From assembly GCA_973895155.1 (NCBI GenBank), contig OZ316894.1:11696828-11760827 (forward strand): a stretch of DNA of 64,000 nt, in the 5' to 3' direction. The notes under the pieces were generated by a model. That model did not search any database. It was not told the origin of the DNA and saw only the letters and a program-made list of their open reading frames with translations. Positions 1-14,243 of this stretch are shown here, piece after piece. This DNA comes from Marsupella aquatica (lineage: Eukaryota > Plantae > Marchantiophyta). The stretch's first letter is position 1; every line of letters starts with the position of its first letter. Position numbers and translations under genes: made by a program.

Positions 1-819
1 TTCCATGCTGGTTTCCCAGAATATGTTGGCTGGACTTGGTGGGTTCTGTTTTTCGCATTTGATTTAGCCTTTTCAGTTAGTTTGTCAGGTTTTTCCTCCT
101 TGGCTTCCTCCCATTCTCTCTTTGATGTGCCTCCTCTCTTTTGGCCATCTGGGTGGGCCGGCCAATTGTATTCTCTATGGGTGTGCTCCTCCCTCTAGCC
201 GCCCTTAATTTCTCTTTTCTGGCCCGTCTCCTCTTTTCAGACGGGCAATGTTTCTCATTCCCCATTGAATTAAGTTCTGGGCTATGGCCCTTCATTATAT
301 GTTCTCTCCCTCATTCACAGAGAACTATGAAAGTTCCGAGGGTCTCTGGGTCAGACTCTTTTGTTCCTTTTACTTCTATAGAAGCTGCCTAGATATCATA
401 TATTTCAAACTGCCAAAAACCAAAAGGTGCCCAACCAGGAGACATGATCTCTCGGGCCAAAAACCCAATCAAGGGAGAGTGAGGAAAAGGCCTAAACTCT
501 AGAAATTCCAATGCAGAGCTCAGCAAGAAAAACCAACGAGACTTAAACCTAAACCCTAAGCCTACTTATGGGCAAATTGAAGAGCCTGGTAGAACTCAGG
601 TTAGACTGCATAGGAGGGATAAAACAAGGGAATCCTACTAGATACCCAAAACCAACCGCCTCTCCACTATAAAGAATAGTGAAGTTTGATGTGTTACATG
701 ACAACAAATTTCACTTTTAGAAGTTGTGGGAGAGCTCTTAAAGATTTACTCATTCAAAAAAGTTCTTTTACTTCTAGACTAGCCTGATTACCCATGCCTT
801 GAGCGTACATAGATGCCCC

Positions 820-1163
820 TGTTAGATATTGCTCTAGTCTTGTGACTCATGAGCTAACCACAGTTAGTCTAACTCGGGTTAGGATTTAGCTAATGTTAGC
901 GGTAGTGCTGTTGTGCATATAGCCAGGGCTGATGCCAGACCCTGGTGGAACTTAGGCTCATTGTTACGAAGCTAGTTGAGAGATAGGGAGAGCTTGTGCT
1001 GTGGATGTTTGGTATGGCCGGTCGACCTAGAGTGCAGTAAAGCTCTTGTGTGTTCCCGTGGACGTAGCCTCATGTGGAGGTGAACCACGTATCTCTCTGT
1101 GTTGACTCTTGTGCGTTGGATGGTTCATGGGCTTGCCGTTGCAAATGTCGTCTATGCTCAACA
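820..1163 (+). mobile_element. Solo LTR (family A, Copia-like U5 motifs)
   Basis: Starts TGTTAG and ends CTCAACA. Exact 5-bp TSD GCCCC at 815-819 and 1164-1168. Contains CCCGTGGACGTAG..GAACCACGTATCTCTCTGTG and is homologous to 45728-46049 and 25764-26026. Confidence 0.85.
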
Positions 1164-1449
1164 GCCCCATCCCTGTTTTTTTCCCACCCTCATTTCAGGT
1201 TTGTTTTTAGTTAGAGTCAATGTCACTTTTGTTCACCTTGGTCCCTTTTTTCTTCTACCCTCATTTTAAGTTTTGCCCTTATTGACAATCATTTTGTCCT
1301 TGTTGAGGTTGTCTAGGGGCTTCACTTTGCGAATTATTAGTAAGATAGAGTTTCTAGACAGAGAGGGCTACAGGAGGACTACTCTCACTTTTAGAGAAGT
1401 TGTGGGAGAGCTATGAAAGATTAACACTATGTGTTAAATATACGTCAAG

Positions 1450-1815
1450 TTAATGCGCTCCGTACACCATAACATAAACCAATACACTATATTTATGATC
1501 TACAAACCAAGTGATTTGAATGACATGTGTCTTGGTTGATGTTCTACTTGTATGGTTGACTTAGATTTATTGCACTAAATCTCCGTACACCAGAACATAA
1601 CCAATACACTATATTTATGATTTATAAATCTAATGATTTGAATGACATGTGTCTTGGTTTATGTTCTGGTTGTAGAGCTGACTTAGTTTTATCGCTTGTA
1701 CAACTAACTTAGATTTATCGCTTGAACAACTGACTTAGATTTATCGCGCTAAATTTATGACAAGCTAATGCTCTCCATACACCAGAACATAAAAAGATGC
1801 ACCATATTTATATTT
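1450..1815 (+). repeat. Tandem repeat, about 120-190 bp unit, 3 copies
   Basis: CTCCRTACACCARAACATAA..CACTATATTTAT recurs near 1458, 1581 and 1773. Confidence 0.75.
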
Positions 1816-2067
1816 AGTGTTCAAAGACTTCATTTTTAGTACTAGATTGAGCTTGAGAGAGAGATTGAGCTAGAGAGCTAGAGAGAGAGAGATTACAGGA
1901 GTCCGAAGCTCACTTTTAGAGAAGCTGTGGAATTGCTCTCAGAGATTTACTTGTTTAAAAATGTTCTCTTACGTCTTCTAGATAGAGAGGGTTACATGAG
2001 GACAAGAGAGAGAGAGAGAGAGAGATTACAGGAGTCCAAAGCTCACTTTTAGAGAAGCTGTGGAATT

Positions 2068-2360
2068 TGTTGAAATATCCAGCTTGCAGTGACAGTCTGT
2101 AAGCTGTTGTCTTTTTCCCCCTTGGATCTCGCTACCAATCTTGGTGTTCTCTAGGACTGAATTAGCAACCATTAATTAGCTTGTCCTTTGTATTAGCGGC
2201 GCCTACGTCTTTTAGCGTTTACTTTTCTTGTGATCCATATTGAGTCACGTCACGGACCTCCAGTTGTCGTGCCCGGTGCTATGCCACCTTACCTGTGTAT
2301 TTAACGATCCCCTGAGAGGGACTTATCAAGCAAATTTAATCATACTTAAATTTTTCTTCA
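2068..2360. mobile_element. Solo LTR (family B), 293 bp
   Basis: TGTTGAA...TTCTTCA termini with exact 5-bp TSD GAATT (2063-2067 and 2361-2365). It interrupts a repeat unit whose empty form GTGGAATTGCTCTC is seen near 1927. Confidence 0.85.
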
Positions 2361-2773
2361 GAATTGCTCTCATAAATTTACTTGTTTAAAAACGTTCTTT
2401 TAAAAACGTTCTCTTACGTCTTCTAGATAGAGAGGGTTACATGAGGACGAAGCTTACTTTTAGAGAAGCTGTGGAAGAGCTCTCAAAGATTTATTCCTTC
2501 AAAAACGCTCTTACGTCTTCTACAGAGATTGAGTTTTCGAGAGAGAGAGAGACAGGGAGATTTAGTTCTTCAAAAACGCTCTTACGTCTTCTACAGAGAT
2601 TGATTTTTCGAGAGAGAGAGAGAGAGGGTTACAGGAGGACGAAGCTCACTTTTAGAGAAGTGGTGGGAGAGCTGTGGAAGATTTTCTCGTTGAAAAACCC
2701 GATCAGCCAATTTCGGCGAAGAGCAGAGCAGAGCAGAGCAGAGCAGGGAGGGAGGATCGATCGATCAGCAGAG

Positions 2774-3142
2774 ATGCAGAGGGCGCTGGTGTCCGCTGGG
2801 GGAGCTGTGAGGAGAGTGTTGCAAAGGCAGCCACGGAGGGAAGGAGGCGGTGGTGGTGGGAGTTGGTTTGGACCTGGCACTCAGGAAGGACCGAATGGAG
2901 TCTTGTTCAACGAGACGCCTCTGGCTCCAGGGCAAACGCGCCGATGGGAGGATTGGGAGCTTCCCTACTACTTGACAGGGATCGCCACCGTGGTCATATT
3001 AACGGTGGGCCTTTCGTCCAAGCCGGACACGAGAATCGAAACCTGGGCCCGGAAGCGGGCCCTCGAGCGAATTCGGGCCTCAGGCATTGACGATGAGTAC
3101 TCCTCCGAACCAGCAGCTGCTAATGATGGCAACGAGGCCTGA
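2774..3142 (+). CDS. NDUFB11: Mitochondrial complex I ESSS subunit (NDUFB11-like), 122 aa, single exon
   Basis: MQRALVS... presequence-like start. Plant ESSS-type motifs PNGVLFNETP..PGQTRRWEDWELPYY, one TM helix, then KPDTRIETWARKRALER. Confidence 0.82.
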   Translation: MQRALVSAGGAVRRVLQRQPRREGGGGGGSWFGPGTQEGPNGVLFNETPLAPGQTRRWEDWELPYYLTGIATVVILTVGLSSKPDTRIETWARKRALERIRASGIDDEYSSEPAAANDGNEA

Positions 3143-6100
3143 TTGATTGCTTGCATTGCGCCGTCTTGCTTCATCTGCGGTTGATTGGCATCCACAGAGC
3201 GCCCTCTGGACGGACTCAGCAGCTGAGAGGCAATTCATTGAAGATAGGTATGTCCCTGCTTGATGGTTAGCAACTGTGGCGAGAGTGCAGAAAATTGTCA
3301 AGCTCGGAAAGCTTTACACTCGAGGATTGCACAGCATCTTCGGGATTTTTACTTGCTGCCAAACTGAACTAGTTTCCGATGCTAATTCAAGTCGTCTGAA
3401 ATTTAGGGTTGATGGTTCTCACGGGGTTAGAACATGCAGTCTAACACCGAATTCTATTATAGTAGGCTCTGGCTGAGGGTCCAAATAAGGATGATTCTGA
3501 TTTTCTGGTCTGAAACACTTTTTCTGAGGTACTTACTCGATGGAAATGCATGGCATATTCGGATGCAACTCGTCATTTCATGCTCACTATTCGCCTTCTG
3601 GGTTTAAAGATACCCAGCCGTGCCGCGAATTAGGTCGATCCCGTAACGTAATGGTAACAGCGGACGGTCAGTGAAATTAGTCTCCCATCCTCAATAAAAT
3701 TCTCGAAAACTTACAATACACCGCTGAAGAATCATTGTGTGATTTATTTGCTTTATTTGGCCGAAAGAGGCTTTCTTCTAAGTCTCCACATTTTGAGTCT
3801 TGGACTACTGCTTTCTGTAGCCTCCCTAAATCCACACAGTTACTCCAGATCTGCGGGCTTCTAAGGTGCCTGGCGGTGGAAATGGCAGTCGGTCCATTTT
3901 CATCGTATCGTCTTATGACTCTGATGAAGAGTAGCAAACAGGACTCAATGTGATGGTTGCAATGCAAATCCCCCCGCCGTCAGTTTTTGGTTCTTCACTG
4001 CTAGTTGATTGGTTTGGAATGATGGAGCCTGCAAATTGTCATATCTGCAAATTGCCTGCAAGCTTTGCCTGCCAGCTTGTGATACAAAGCTGCAATTTGG
4101 AAACTCAATTATTTGTGGCAAATTACAGTTACATTTGTTGCCTGCGGAATGCTATCATTTTTTGACCCGTTAATTTTTAAGGCCTCAGTGATCTCTAGTC
4201 TCATTCTAAATGGCATTGCATTATCGGATGCACTGCTATCTCTACACTGTATTCGTCTTCAGGATTCAATGCTGTCAACAGGCAATAATTCGTTCAGAGT
4301 CGGCGGTTTGCACGGGACAGAACTGGTTGTCGTAGAATGCACCACCATCAGACCGAACATGAAGTACCTAGTACACTTGGCTGCTCTGTTTTCTAATTGT
4401 TGTACTCAGAGAATTTTCAAACCCAACAAATTTTGTTGAACCTAATCGTGCACCTCGGGAGAAATCCATTTTTCCCAGTTGTTAGATTGCCACGAGTATA
4501 TATCCTTTGCTCTGTCCTTATTCTAAAATCCTTCATTCCTCTTATGATTTGCTATCCAGCTTTCAAACGCTGCCAGCAATCATTCACCAAGGTAAACAAA
4601 TGAGTTGATAGGTAGTCTGATTCGTGTAAGCCCATGGGAAGCCTCGCTCTTCAATTTGAAAGCTGGCACTTCAACTTGTGCAGTGTGTTTAGAATTCGTG
4701 GGCGGAGTGGTGTTGATTCACCCACTGTCCGAGTATTTGCCTACCCTTTAATACCTGCCCGAAACTTCGTTTGTAGATTGGAAGCTCTTTAGAGAAATTG
4801 TCGAAGTACACTAGGCAGAGAGCAGAATGCACTTCACAGTCTGGAAGAGGCAATTTCTGTTAACTGAACTCTAAAGTTACAAATTTTAGTCATGACTCAA
4901 AGCGATATTAAGTTCTCCCCTGTCTCGACGTGTTCAAATGAAAGCCCTCGGGCATCATTTTGGACTACTCCCTTCAGGGAGACCTTTACCTTACACAAAA
5001 GCTATGGTAGTGAACTTCATGCCCTTGGGCAGGGAGACCATTGCCTTACACAGTGCATGCCCTTTGGGAAGGACAACCTCGGAATGCCTTACACAAAAGC
5101 TATGGTAGTTCAGTTCATCCCTTTGGGAAGGAGAATCTCGGAGTCCAACCCACAGGCAGGGATGTAAACTGTTGGGCGGCTTTGAGCCATTTCCTAAGCG
5201 CATTTGTGTATCGATCGTTAACGACGTCTGGGTGATTCTTCACCCTTTGGGGTAAGCTGCTGCCACTATAGTACTTTTGCTCATCATTACATCTCATAAT
5301 GTTCACTGGATTCCATATGGTACACAGATACATTCAAATCTTACATCCAGGTATTAATGAATGTAAAAGTCATTGTTTACATAGTCTAGACCTCCTTCAT
5401 GTAAAGTCAAGAAGACTTGCTCATCCCATAATGACAGAAACTGCCCCCTGTATACGGTCTCCCCGTGAACACCATATACTGTCGACAATATATAATGTGA
5501 CATCGAGCATCCTTAACCGTATACATTATAGCTTCACATTTTGAGGGCCTCGTTTTTGGCAGCAGTCCTTATGTTGCCGTCCACTTCCTTGCATTTTCTC
5601 TATACACCATGTTGGCCAGCCACCCCACCATTCAACCATTTCTCGCTTGTCAACCGCCACTCTCATGTCCATGAAACCCACTACACTCCACCGTGGACAA
5701 GTGCAGGTGGATCCCCTACTCCTCAAACTTACAGTGTTTTTCCTGAAAAAGCACCCAAACATGCAGACTTTTCATAAGTGCTTATTGTGTCACTAAAATG
5801 CATTGTCTATAAGTGCATATATGCATTTATCCAGTACTGCCCGCATATGTAAGAAGAGTTTATTGATATATGTGGCATATAATTAGATAGAGTAGTGTTA
5901 TGCACTTATCCAGTTGAGTTGTGCAATAGGAGGGCTTGGTGTATCAGGTGTCCAACATGGGACACCTGAAAACACATACACATAGGGGAAGTGCATAAGT
6001 TTTCTGTGCAATTATGGGGTAGTGCAAGTAGCTAAAGTGCACTATTACTAAATGTCTATGCACTTATTCCAGCAAAGTGAGGGCTCTAGACAAACAATGG

Positions 6101-7806
6101 TTGTGTCTGTACATCCGTCCATCTATGTGGAGGGAGAAACAAAGGTGGCAAGCGAAGTGAATGCATAAAAAAAATGCAATTTGACCATATTGGGGCTTTT
6201 AGCAATAATTGTATTTATACTGTTATCAAGGATTCCCACTTGCAAAAAATATTTCAGCCCTGTTTGCACTAGAGAAGCTGCAAAAAAAGTGCAAACTCCA
6301 TGTAAAAAGAAAGGGAAGGACAGGACACCTTGCAGATTCCAAAATTTACACTGTTGGAGTTTGCACCTTGAGAGAGCCGGCTGCATTAGGGCGGCTCAAA
6401 TATGCCCATTTTCCTGCTTTGACTGCTTTGTGTTTCAGGATAACGGCCATGACTGGTCAAGCACAGATTGTGAGGCCCAATCAATCATGCCAGGAACCGC
6501 AAGAGGCCCCAATTTTGCAGGAAACACAGTCACATACACTGTGCCACTACTCCACCCATTTTTCAGTACCTCAAAAAATAACACTCATTGTTCAGTACCT
6601 GAAAAATAATTGCAGGGTTACCTTGTCGTGGAGCTCCCAGGTGCCTTGGGGCCTCCTTTGAGATGCCATTTTTTATATATATGAGATGCCCCAATAAGTA
6701 TTAGGGCTGCCTTGCATGTGCAAGGTCCTTTGATTTTTGGCCCTCAAATGAACCCGTGGCATCTCTAAACGAAGCAACAAGCCGGCAGTCCTGATGGCGT
6801 CTTTGGAGAATATGCAAGGGCAATTTCCGGCCCTTGAGGTCCCGAACTTTGAACTATGAATAAAACAAAATGGCAATAGATCCCCGACTCAATAAGCACT
6901 TCATACATAAAGTGTTCTTGATTGTGTTTAGATCCTAGGTCCACACTTTTTACTGATATCTGTGGGCTACTAAGGGTCCCAGGACTCTTGCACATGCAAG
7001 ACAGCCCTTAGGGTAGCTCTCTGGCCCAGGGGAACCTCCACTTACAGAGGGCCGGGCCTCGTGTCGCTACCCTGGACGTCGACCCGGCCACGCAGGGCCA
7101 TGCCACCTTCGTTGCCCGGCCTTGTTAGTCTGGTGGCGCCCACACACCACCTTCCTCATCGTTTGGGACCTGGCCAAGCCAGGAGGGCCATGCCACCTGC
7201 GTTGCCTGGCCTTTGTGCGTCGTGGCCCCTCATCGTCGATCACTTCGCGTTCACCAATCGTTCGAATCCTCTGCTCTGCGCTTTTTCTCTCTCGTCTTCT
7301 CCTCTCTCCATTTCGGCGCAATCCATCTTCTCCAAGCAAAGCACGACGGGAGAGTAATTCTTCATCCCAGATGGAAGATGACGGATGCCGGATGCCGAGA
7401 GCATTGTGAGCCAGCAAGCTACTGCCGCAAATCAGATCAATTGTGCCTTTCTGCTCGAGCGGAGTGGAGCGGCTCCGTTTGGTGATTAGAGTAGGCGGAA
7501 AGAGGAAAAACACCCGGCCATTGAAGAGAATTCGGTCACTGGGAGCTTTGGAGAGGCCGCCCCCGTCTGTGCTGTGTTTTTGGAGCAGTTGTTCTTTGCG
7601 ACGGGCAAGAGGAACGGAGCGGAATCGGACTGAATTGAATTGTGAAGAAGGATTTATTGATGATTTATTGATTGGATGAATGAATGAATGAATGAATGGC
7701 GTAGGAATTAGCAGGTTTTAAATCCTTCCAACTTGACTAGTTCGGGCTGCGGAGGTGGAAGTAGTGCCATTTCATTCAGTTCGGGACGGCGTTGCCAATC
7801 CGAGAG

Positions 7807-10800
7807 ATGGCGTCGGCTGTCGCGGGACGGCTTCCTTCTTCTCTGCTTTTCCACCAGCACCAGCAGCAGAGGACGAAATCTGGTTTCCTTTCGTCGTCAT
7901 TTTTCAATGAGCTACCATCATCCTTCCGGTCTTCCTCTTCTTCTTCTTCTAGCAGCAGTAGGCTCTGCTCGCGTTCTACGAGGCGCAACACTACGGTTCG
8001 CAGCTCGCTGGCCACCATGGTGTCCGACATGAGCCGAAAAGGTATGTATGTGTTCCAAGTGTCCCTCCCTCCCTCCCTCCTACCCTTCATCTCTTCCATG
8101 TTTTGTTTGTCTTTATCAGGATGTTTTGCCAAACCATGCTTCTCTGTGCACGATGAGAGACCTTGAGAATAGTTGCTCTTGTACTCACGCATTCGATAAT
8201 TCCCCTGGGCTGGTTTTCAATAAAATTTCTACGTAGCTCAGCTCAGCCCGGGTCTGAGAGTTCGTGAGCTACGAGTTTAGTTTTTCCCCGGCTTCTGAAA
8301 GTTGCCTCCTCCACCTTACTATTACTTCACTTTCTGCACGGGCGGAAGGCTGTTTTGGCCGGGAAATACTCTCCTCGTCTAAATGAGGGCTTTGAAAAGC
8401 CTCTCTTCTAATTTACTGATGATCACGAGGGAGGTCCCTCTCGTGCCTCTAAGTGTATATTTTTGCATTACAGCACTGTTTGCAACATTGGGAAGCCACG
8501 GAGGCTTTCCATTTTTATCGTCTTAATGTCTACAAGACAGACAATTCCATGTTTTGACGGCTGCATGTCTTGATTTGGTACGGCAGCTCCGAAAGGACTT
8601 TTCCCTCCCGAACCCGAGAATTATACTGGACCAAAACTTAAGGTAGCTATCATTGGAGCTGGTCTTGCGGGCATGTCTACTGCAGTCGAGCTCCTAGAAC
8701 AAGGTCACGAGGTGAGTTGACTTGCTGACAAAGCTTCCAACTGCCAACGTACAGAGCTTGATTATGATTTCCTCCTCGTTTTTTTCAATTTTATGGGAAG
8801 TGTGCGTGAGCATTATTGACATGTAGATCGTTTTCGTTCTGGAGAAGCATGGCCACTATCTCTTGTTGCAAGTCGACGGTTTACCTTCATGGCATAGATA
8901 AAACAACAGAGGGTAGCATCTGCAATTTTATGCCTTTGGATCTTGTCCGATGACGCCAATACGAAGTTGTAAATGTGCAGGTCGATATTTATGAGTCCCG
9001 TCCTTTTATTGGTGGCAAAGTTGGGTCATATGTGGACAAAAACGGGAACCACATCGAGATGGGTCTCCACGTTTTTTTTGGCTGCTACAACAATCTTTTC
9101 CGTCTCTTGGCTAAGGTGTGACAGCCGGCTGAATGTGAATAATTGGACCCCTTCATGTATATTACGTGCGGGAAGATGGTTCCAAGATTGGTCTTGACGA
9201 ATTGGGTGATTCAAGTGCTGGGACTCTGGCTGTTTAATGTGTCTGACGTGATAGGACTACGCACTTTGCTCAGGTCGGTGGTGATGAAAACCTGTTGGTC
9301 AAAGAGCACACCCATACTTTCATCAATGAAGGTGGCAACGTCGGTGGTAAGGCAACCATTTTTCACCCTCCGAGTTGGTTTGTACAGCACTACTCGGCTT
9401 TGGCCCAAATGACGTACCTTCCTTGATTATGCCTTTACGTCCAATAATACTCTCTTTTGCCTTCAAGGGGTCTTCATTTCTAGGACCTGTGAACAGATCA
9501 ACGCATAGGGTCACCATTTAGAACAGTTAAAATGCATGACTTATCACTTCGATTGGCCTGTCACAGAGCTGGACTTCAGATTCCTGGCGGGCGCCCCTTT
9601 CCATGGCTTGAAAGCTTTTGCCACAACGAATCAGCTCAATGTAAGTAGCTATGTCGCTCATAGTAATCTTCGAAGTCAGAATGCTCAGTAGTGCTCCCAT
9701 TGGTTCCGGATTACCCGTTCAATTCCCGTTTTGGAGAGTCCATCCTATATCCCTTCTACGAGAAATGAGTTCACTTAGTTTGCAGGCATGGTGGTTCGTA
9801 TCAGAAGATAATCATGGTTTAGTTTGCTGCTTTATCAGAGTTTGGCTGAGCGACCATGCTGACATTTTTTGCTGGACCACTGTTGCAGACTTATGACAAG
9901 TTAAGAAATGCCTTGGCCCTGTCTACAAGTCCAGTTGTACGAGCTCTTATCGACCCTGAAGGCGCTATGCAGGACATTAGAGACCTCGATAAGGTACCTT
10001 CGAGTAGTGTTGTCATTCCAGTTTATATGATAGTGTTGTCTTTGTGCTGTACTGTCTGGTGGACCATCAGTGCGGGGATGAGGGCAATTTAGCTGTCTGG
10101 CTATTTCTGAAGATGGTGGAGTTTGAAAGTCATTTTCAATGATGGCAGGTGAGTTTTTCAGATTGGTTCATTTCACATGGTGGAAATCGCTCCAGCATCA
10201 CGAGGATGTGGGATCCTATTGCTTATGCACTGGGATTCATCGACTGTGACAACATAAGTGCTCGCTGTATGTTGACCATCTTCGCCTTCTTTGCGACTAA
10301 AACTGAGGCATCACTACTGCGGATGCTGAACGGATCACCTGACCTTCGACTCAGTGGTCCTATCAGTCAATACATCAAGGACAAAGGTGGCAGGTAAGAC
10401 TGGTATGAAACAGGGTTCCGAAATATAGGGATGTGGAACTATCTGCGTGTTTTCAGAGATTGTGATTTTTGGGCTCGTTATCTGCAAATTCGTATCGAGC
10501 TTTCTCTTAACATTTGGAGTGCTATTGTTGCATGTCTGAATGATTTACCAGGATCCACACAAGATGGGGCTGTAGAGAGATATTATATGACAACACCCCT
10601 GAAGGGACACCCTATGTTTCGGGTTTTGTGTTGCAAAAGGTATATATCCCCACATCTTTTTTTCGTCGGTGGTGTGTATCGATTTTGGCCTCACGTGGAT
10701 TTACGGCTGAGAAATGTAGATTTCATGAACGTACAAAAATGGCATTCGGATGTCATTGTGTTGTCGTATTCAGACAGCCTTGCACGGGTTCTTTGCCATC

Positions 10801-12618
10801 CTGTACCTAGTAGAAGCAATCAACTGTTTGTTGTTTAACAACATCTTACATGGTTATAGAAGTGGTATCAGTTTTCGGGAACTTCAAGATGAGGGTGTAA
10901 GGAAAGTTTTAAAATCAGCTCGATGTGCTTGGCAGGCCACTGAGAGGAAGCTGGTTACAGCTGATGCCTATGTAGCAGGTAATGATACTTTCCTGTAGAC
11001 CGGATACTCTGACAGCGGAGGTCGTCCTTGGGTTGTTGAGTGAAGGTGACTTTGTATAGACATCCATCTCCGGGAAACCTCAGGGGTAGAAGTCTTGAAG
11101 CGGACGTTCTGATTGTTTCATATGAACTTTTTGTCATTACAGCTCTTGATATTCCTGGAATCAAGAAACTACTACCAGAGCAGTGGCGTGAATATGAGCA
11201 CTTCGACAATATCTACAAGCTGGTTGGGGTCCCAGTTATTACAGTGCAAATGAGATTTAATGGCTGGGTAACGGAAATGCAGGATATCGAGAAGCGTCGG
11301 TACGTATTCTTGTAACCTCGTGAGGGAATAGTTCTTTGTGCATAGGTTGTTGTGAACCGGATAAGACAAGATTTCATATAAAAATGAAGAACTTTCTAGC
11401 TAGCTCTTAGTTATTTTACCCATGATCTTCAGTGATTAATATAAGCCTGCTCAAACTTGACTCGCAGAAAATTTCTGTCAATGTTGCTCTGGTCGCACAC
11501 TTCGCTTGTTCTAATATCCTGTTACTGACCACAAAGTGTTTTTCCAGGCAATTGGAAGTTGCTGCGGGTATGGATAACCTTTTGTACTCGGCTGATGCGC
11601 ACTTCTCCTGCTTCGCTGACCTTGCTCTGACATCTCCATTAGATTACTACAAACCCGGTGAAGGATCACTTATGCAGTAAGCATACTATACCCAGCTTTT
11701 GTAACTTCTAAATAGAGATCTGATTTACTTCAATGTCTTGCTCTAGACCTCCATTGTGGATATGAGGGCGTGAAACTCTGCCTCCAAGTTTGATGTATCA
11801 ATTTGTTCTTGTACTCATGGACAAGCTTCATTATTTCAGGGTTGTCATCACTCCCGGCGATCCTTACATGCCCTTGACAAATGAGAAAATTGTGGCGGAA
11901 ATGCATAAGCAGGTATTCAACATGCTTCATATTTGAGGGTTTGAAAAAACTTAGCGTTTCTACTTATGTATAGAGATAAGTTAGGGTGCTCTGCTATCGG
12001 ATTCAATTCTCTTACTTTCAATGAATCGCTCTGGTATTAGTCGAAACAAATCCTTGAAAGACGCAACGTTGAGAACCGAGTTTGCCCGATGAGGTCCTAA
12101 CGCTCGTCGGAAGGCAATATCTAATTTCTGTGGCTTGCTTCTGTGACTGCAGTTATTAAACCTCTTTCCTTCAGCTCGGGAACTTGAAATGACATGGTCC
12201 TCAGTAGTCAAAATTGCGCAATCACTTTACCGAGAGGCTCCAGGGATGGACCCATATCGCCCTGATCAAAAGACACCTATTGCGAACTTCTTCCTGGCTG
12301 GGTCATACACGAAACAGGTTTAATTCAAACGACCTTTTTGTAAATTTTCTCTATAAAGTCCTGGACCAAATTTGCTATAACCTCCTCTATCTTTAGGGAT
12401 TGACCGACTTCTTTTTTCTGTGACAGGACTACATAGACAGTATGGAGGGAGCAACATTGTCGGGAAGGAAGTGCTCAGCTCGCATTAATGATGTTGGAGC
12501 ATCACTGGCTGAGCTTAGTCAAAGGTTGCCAAAGATTGACATCAAGGTTGTAGCAGAGATCTCAGACAACTCAGAACCAGAAGTTGAACAATCTCAACCG
12601 GAATTTACAATCGCTTAG
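7807..12618 (+). CDS. ZDS: Zeta-carotene desaturase, plastid-targeted. Approximate exons 7807-8041, 8587-8711, 8981-9115, 9274-9346, 9567-9640, 9889-9993, 10149-10393, 10552-10639, 10936-10978, 11143-11299, 11548-11676, 11841-11911, 12153-12317, 12427-12618
   Basis: Ser-rich transit peptide. Motifs [10 protein letters not shown], the FAD site [67 protein letters not shown] and [17 protein letters not shown] introns throughout. Confidence 0.95.
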
Positions 12619-13589
12619 GTAGTCCTAGGGGACAAAGGTATTCGTAGACAGAATTAGTATTCAAAGCAACCCATTGATCCTGGTGGTGGTCTCATCTTTG
12701 GTCGACTGTAAAATTTGAAACCTTCCGCCAATACAACTCCAATAAAGAATGAAGGAGTTTGTAGTGCTCAAAAGCAGCGACTGATCTCCGACGGTCGATG
12801 CGCCTGCTGGATGGAGCATCAGAAGGGGCTCTGTGTCCCTTCTACATTCATCATTACATGTCAACTGTAAGTTATGTTTTCTTCTTGTTCGTTACTCGAT
12901 GAGAGTACAGAAGGACCGGGAGAGTTCCTGGTGTGAGCAAATTATCAGCAGTATCCACAGTTGTACGAATGTCGTACAGAGCATGATACAATGCCAGATT
13001 CCAATATTTCGACGCACTTTCATTTATCATTGGATTTAATCAAGAGGATATCAGTTTCGTCATGATTTACCCGGAGCCTCTCACCTTCCTCACACGATAA
13101 ATTAGAGACAACACCTGGTGTCACGACCTCTGTGTACAGGTTGGTTGCATTCAATACAAAGAAATTCTCGGAAATCGTCTCAAATACCCATTTACCCAAC
13201 GTGTGTGGCCTACCTTCTCCTTCTTGGAGCACAAAAAACCCATCAATTTCCAGATAGTTTCTTACGTGGTTTTCTCGCTTGTATGTGTTTTCTGTTTCAA
13301 CTTCTCTGCTGTGACGTTTCTGAGCTTCACCTGGCGTGCCTCTTGCTTCATAGTCTACCTTCGCCGTCTAGGAGCTCAAAGAGCCTATCAATTTCCACAT
13401 AGTTACTTCAAGTGTTCCTCTCGCCTGTATGTGTTTTCTGTTTCGACTTCTCTCCTGTCACCTTTTTGAACTCCACATTCCGTGCCTCTTGCTTCCGGCT
13501 TTCTCTTTCTAATACTACCCGTTCGTTTGAACCTAAATAAAATATAGGTGACTAAAAGAAAACCTTCAAAAGATTTAGTCAACCTCCAA

Positions 13590-14105
13590 AGAAAAAATCC
13601 CTTATCATTGACGCTCATTTATTATTTGCCCCCAATTCTTTGTGGCCCCACTTTCATGCTCCCCTAAGTTAACGGTCAAAGTACAGGTCTCGAGGTTCAC
13701 TCTTGGAAAGAAAAGATTCCTTATCATTGACAGGTCTCGAGGTTCACTCTTGGAAAGAAAAGATTCCTTATCATTGACAGCGTCACTCTTCCAAAGAAAA
13801 TATTCCTTATCATTGACGCTGATTCTCTGTGCCCCCACTTTCATGCTCCCCCAGGTCACCTGACCCCAAAGTTATCGTGGACTCTCGTTTATTATGTGCC
13901 CCCACTTTCATGCTCGCCCAAGTTAATTAACCCCAAAGTTACTCTGTGCCCCCACTTTCATCCGCTCCCAAGTTAACTAACCCCAAAGTTACGGTCTAGA
14001 GGTTATTATCCCCCAATTCAACCCTAAACTGGCTCCAAAGTTATCTAGAGGCTGCACTCTGTTATCTAGAGGCTTCACTCTGTTAACTAGAGGCTTCACT
14101 CTATA
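13590..14105. repeat. Composite short repeats
   Basis: TTCCTTATCATTGAC about 4 copies, GCCCCCACTTTCATGCTC about 4 copies, CTAGAGGCTTCACTCT 3 copies. Probably a subterminal region of a transposon. Confidence 0.65.
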
Positions 14106-14243
14106 CAGGAGGCCATAAAAGTAGCTTCTATTGCAATGGGATAGCAAGATGTGTTTTGGAGTTAGACTTCTCTCCTAGCATCTTTTACTGCCATCACCCC
14201 TCCCGCACTCTCAACTCATGAACAACTTCATTGTATAAACCAA

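Larger units (their letters stand above)
700..2690 (+). repeat. Degenerate repeat array upstream of NDUFB11 (core CTCACTTTTAGAGAAGYTGTGG plus GA microsatellite)
   Basis: Core motif recurs near 711, 1384, 1909, 2042, 2453 and 2645, interrupted by solo LTRs. Confidence 0.75.

Noticed and set aside
2441-2773. N-terminal 111-aa extension of the NDUFB11 ORF
   Set aside because: It is a translation of the upstream repeat and GA microsatellite. The presequence-like start at 2774 fits the family size.
6123-7513. Cluster of 90-150 aa ORFs upstream of ZDS
   Set aside because: They overlap in several frames with no motifs. Probably promoter/UTR or TE remnant sequence.
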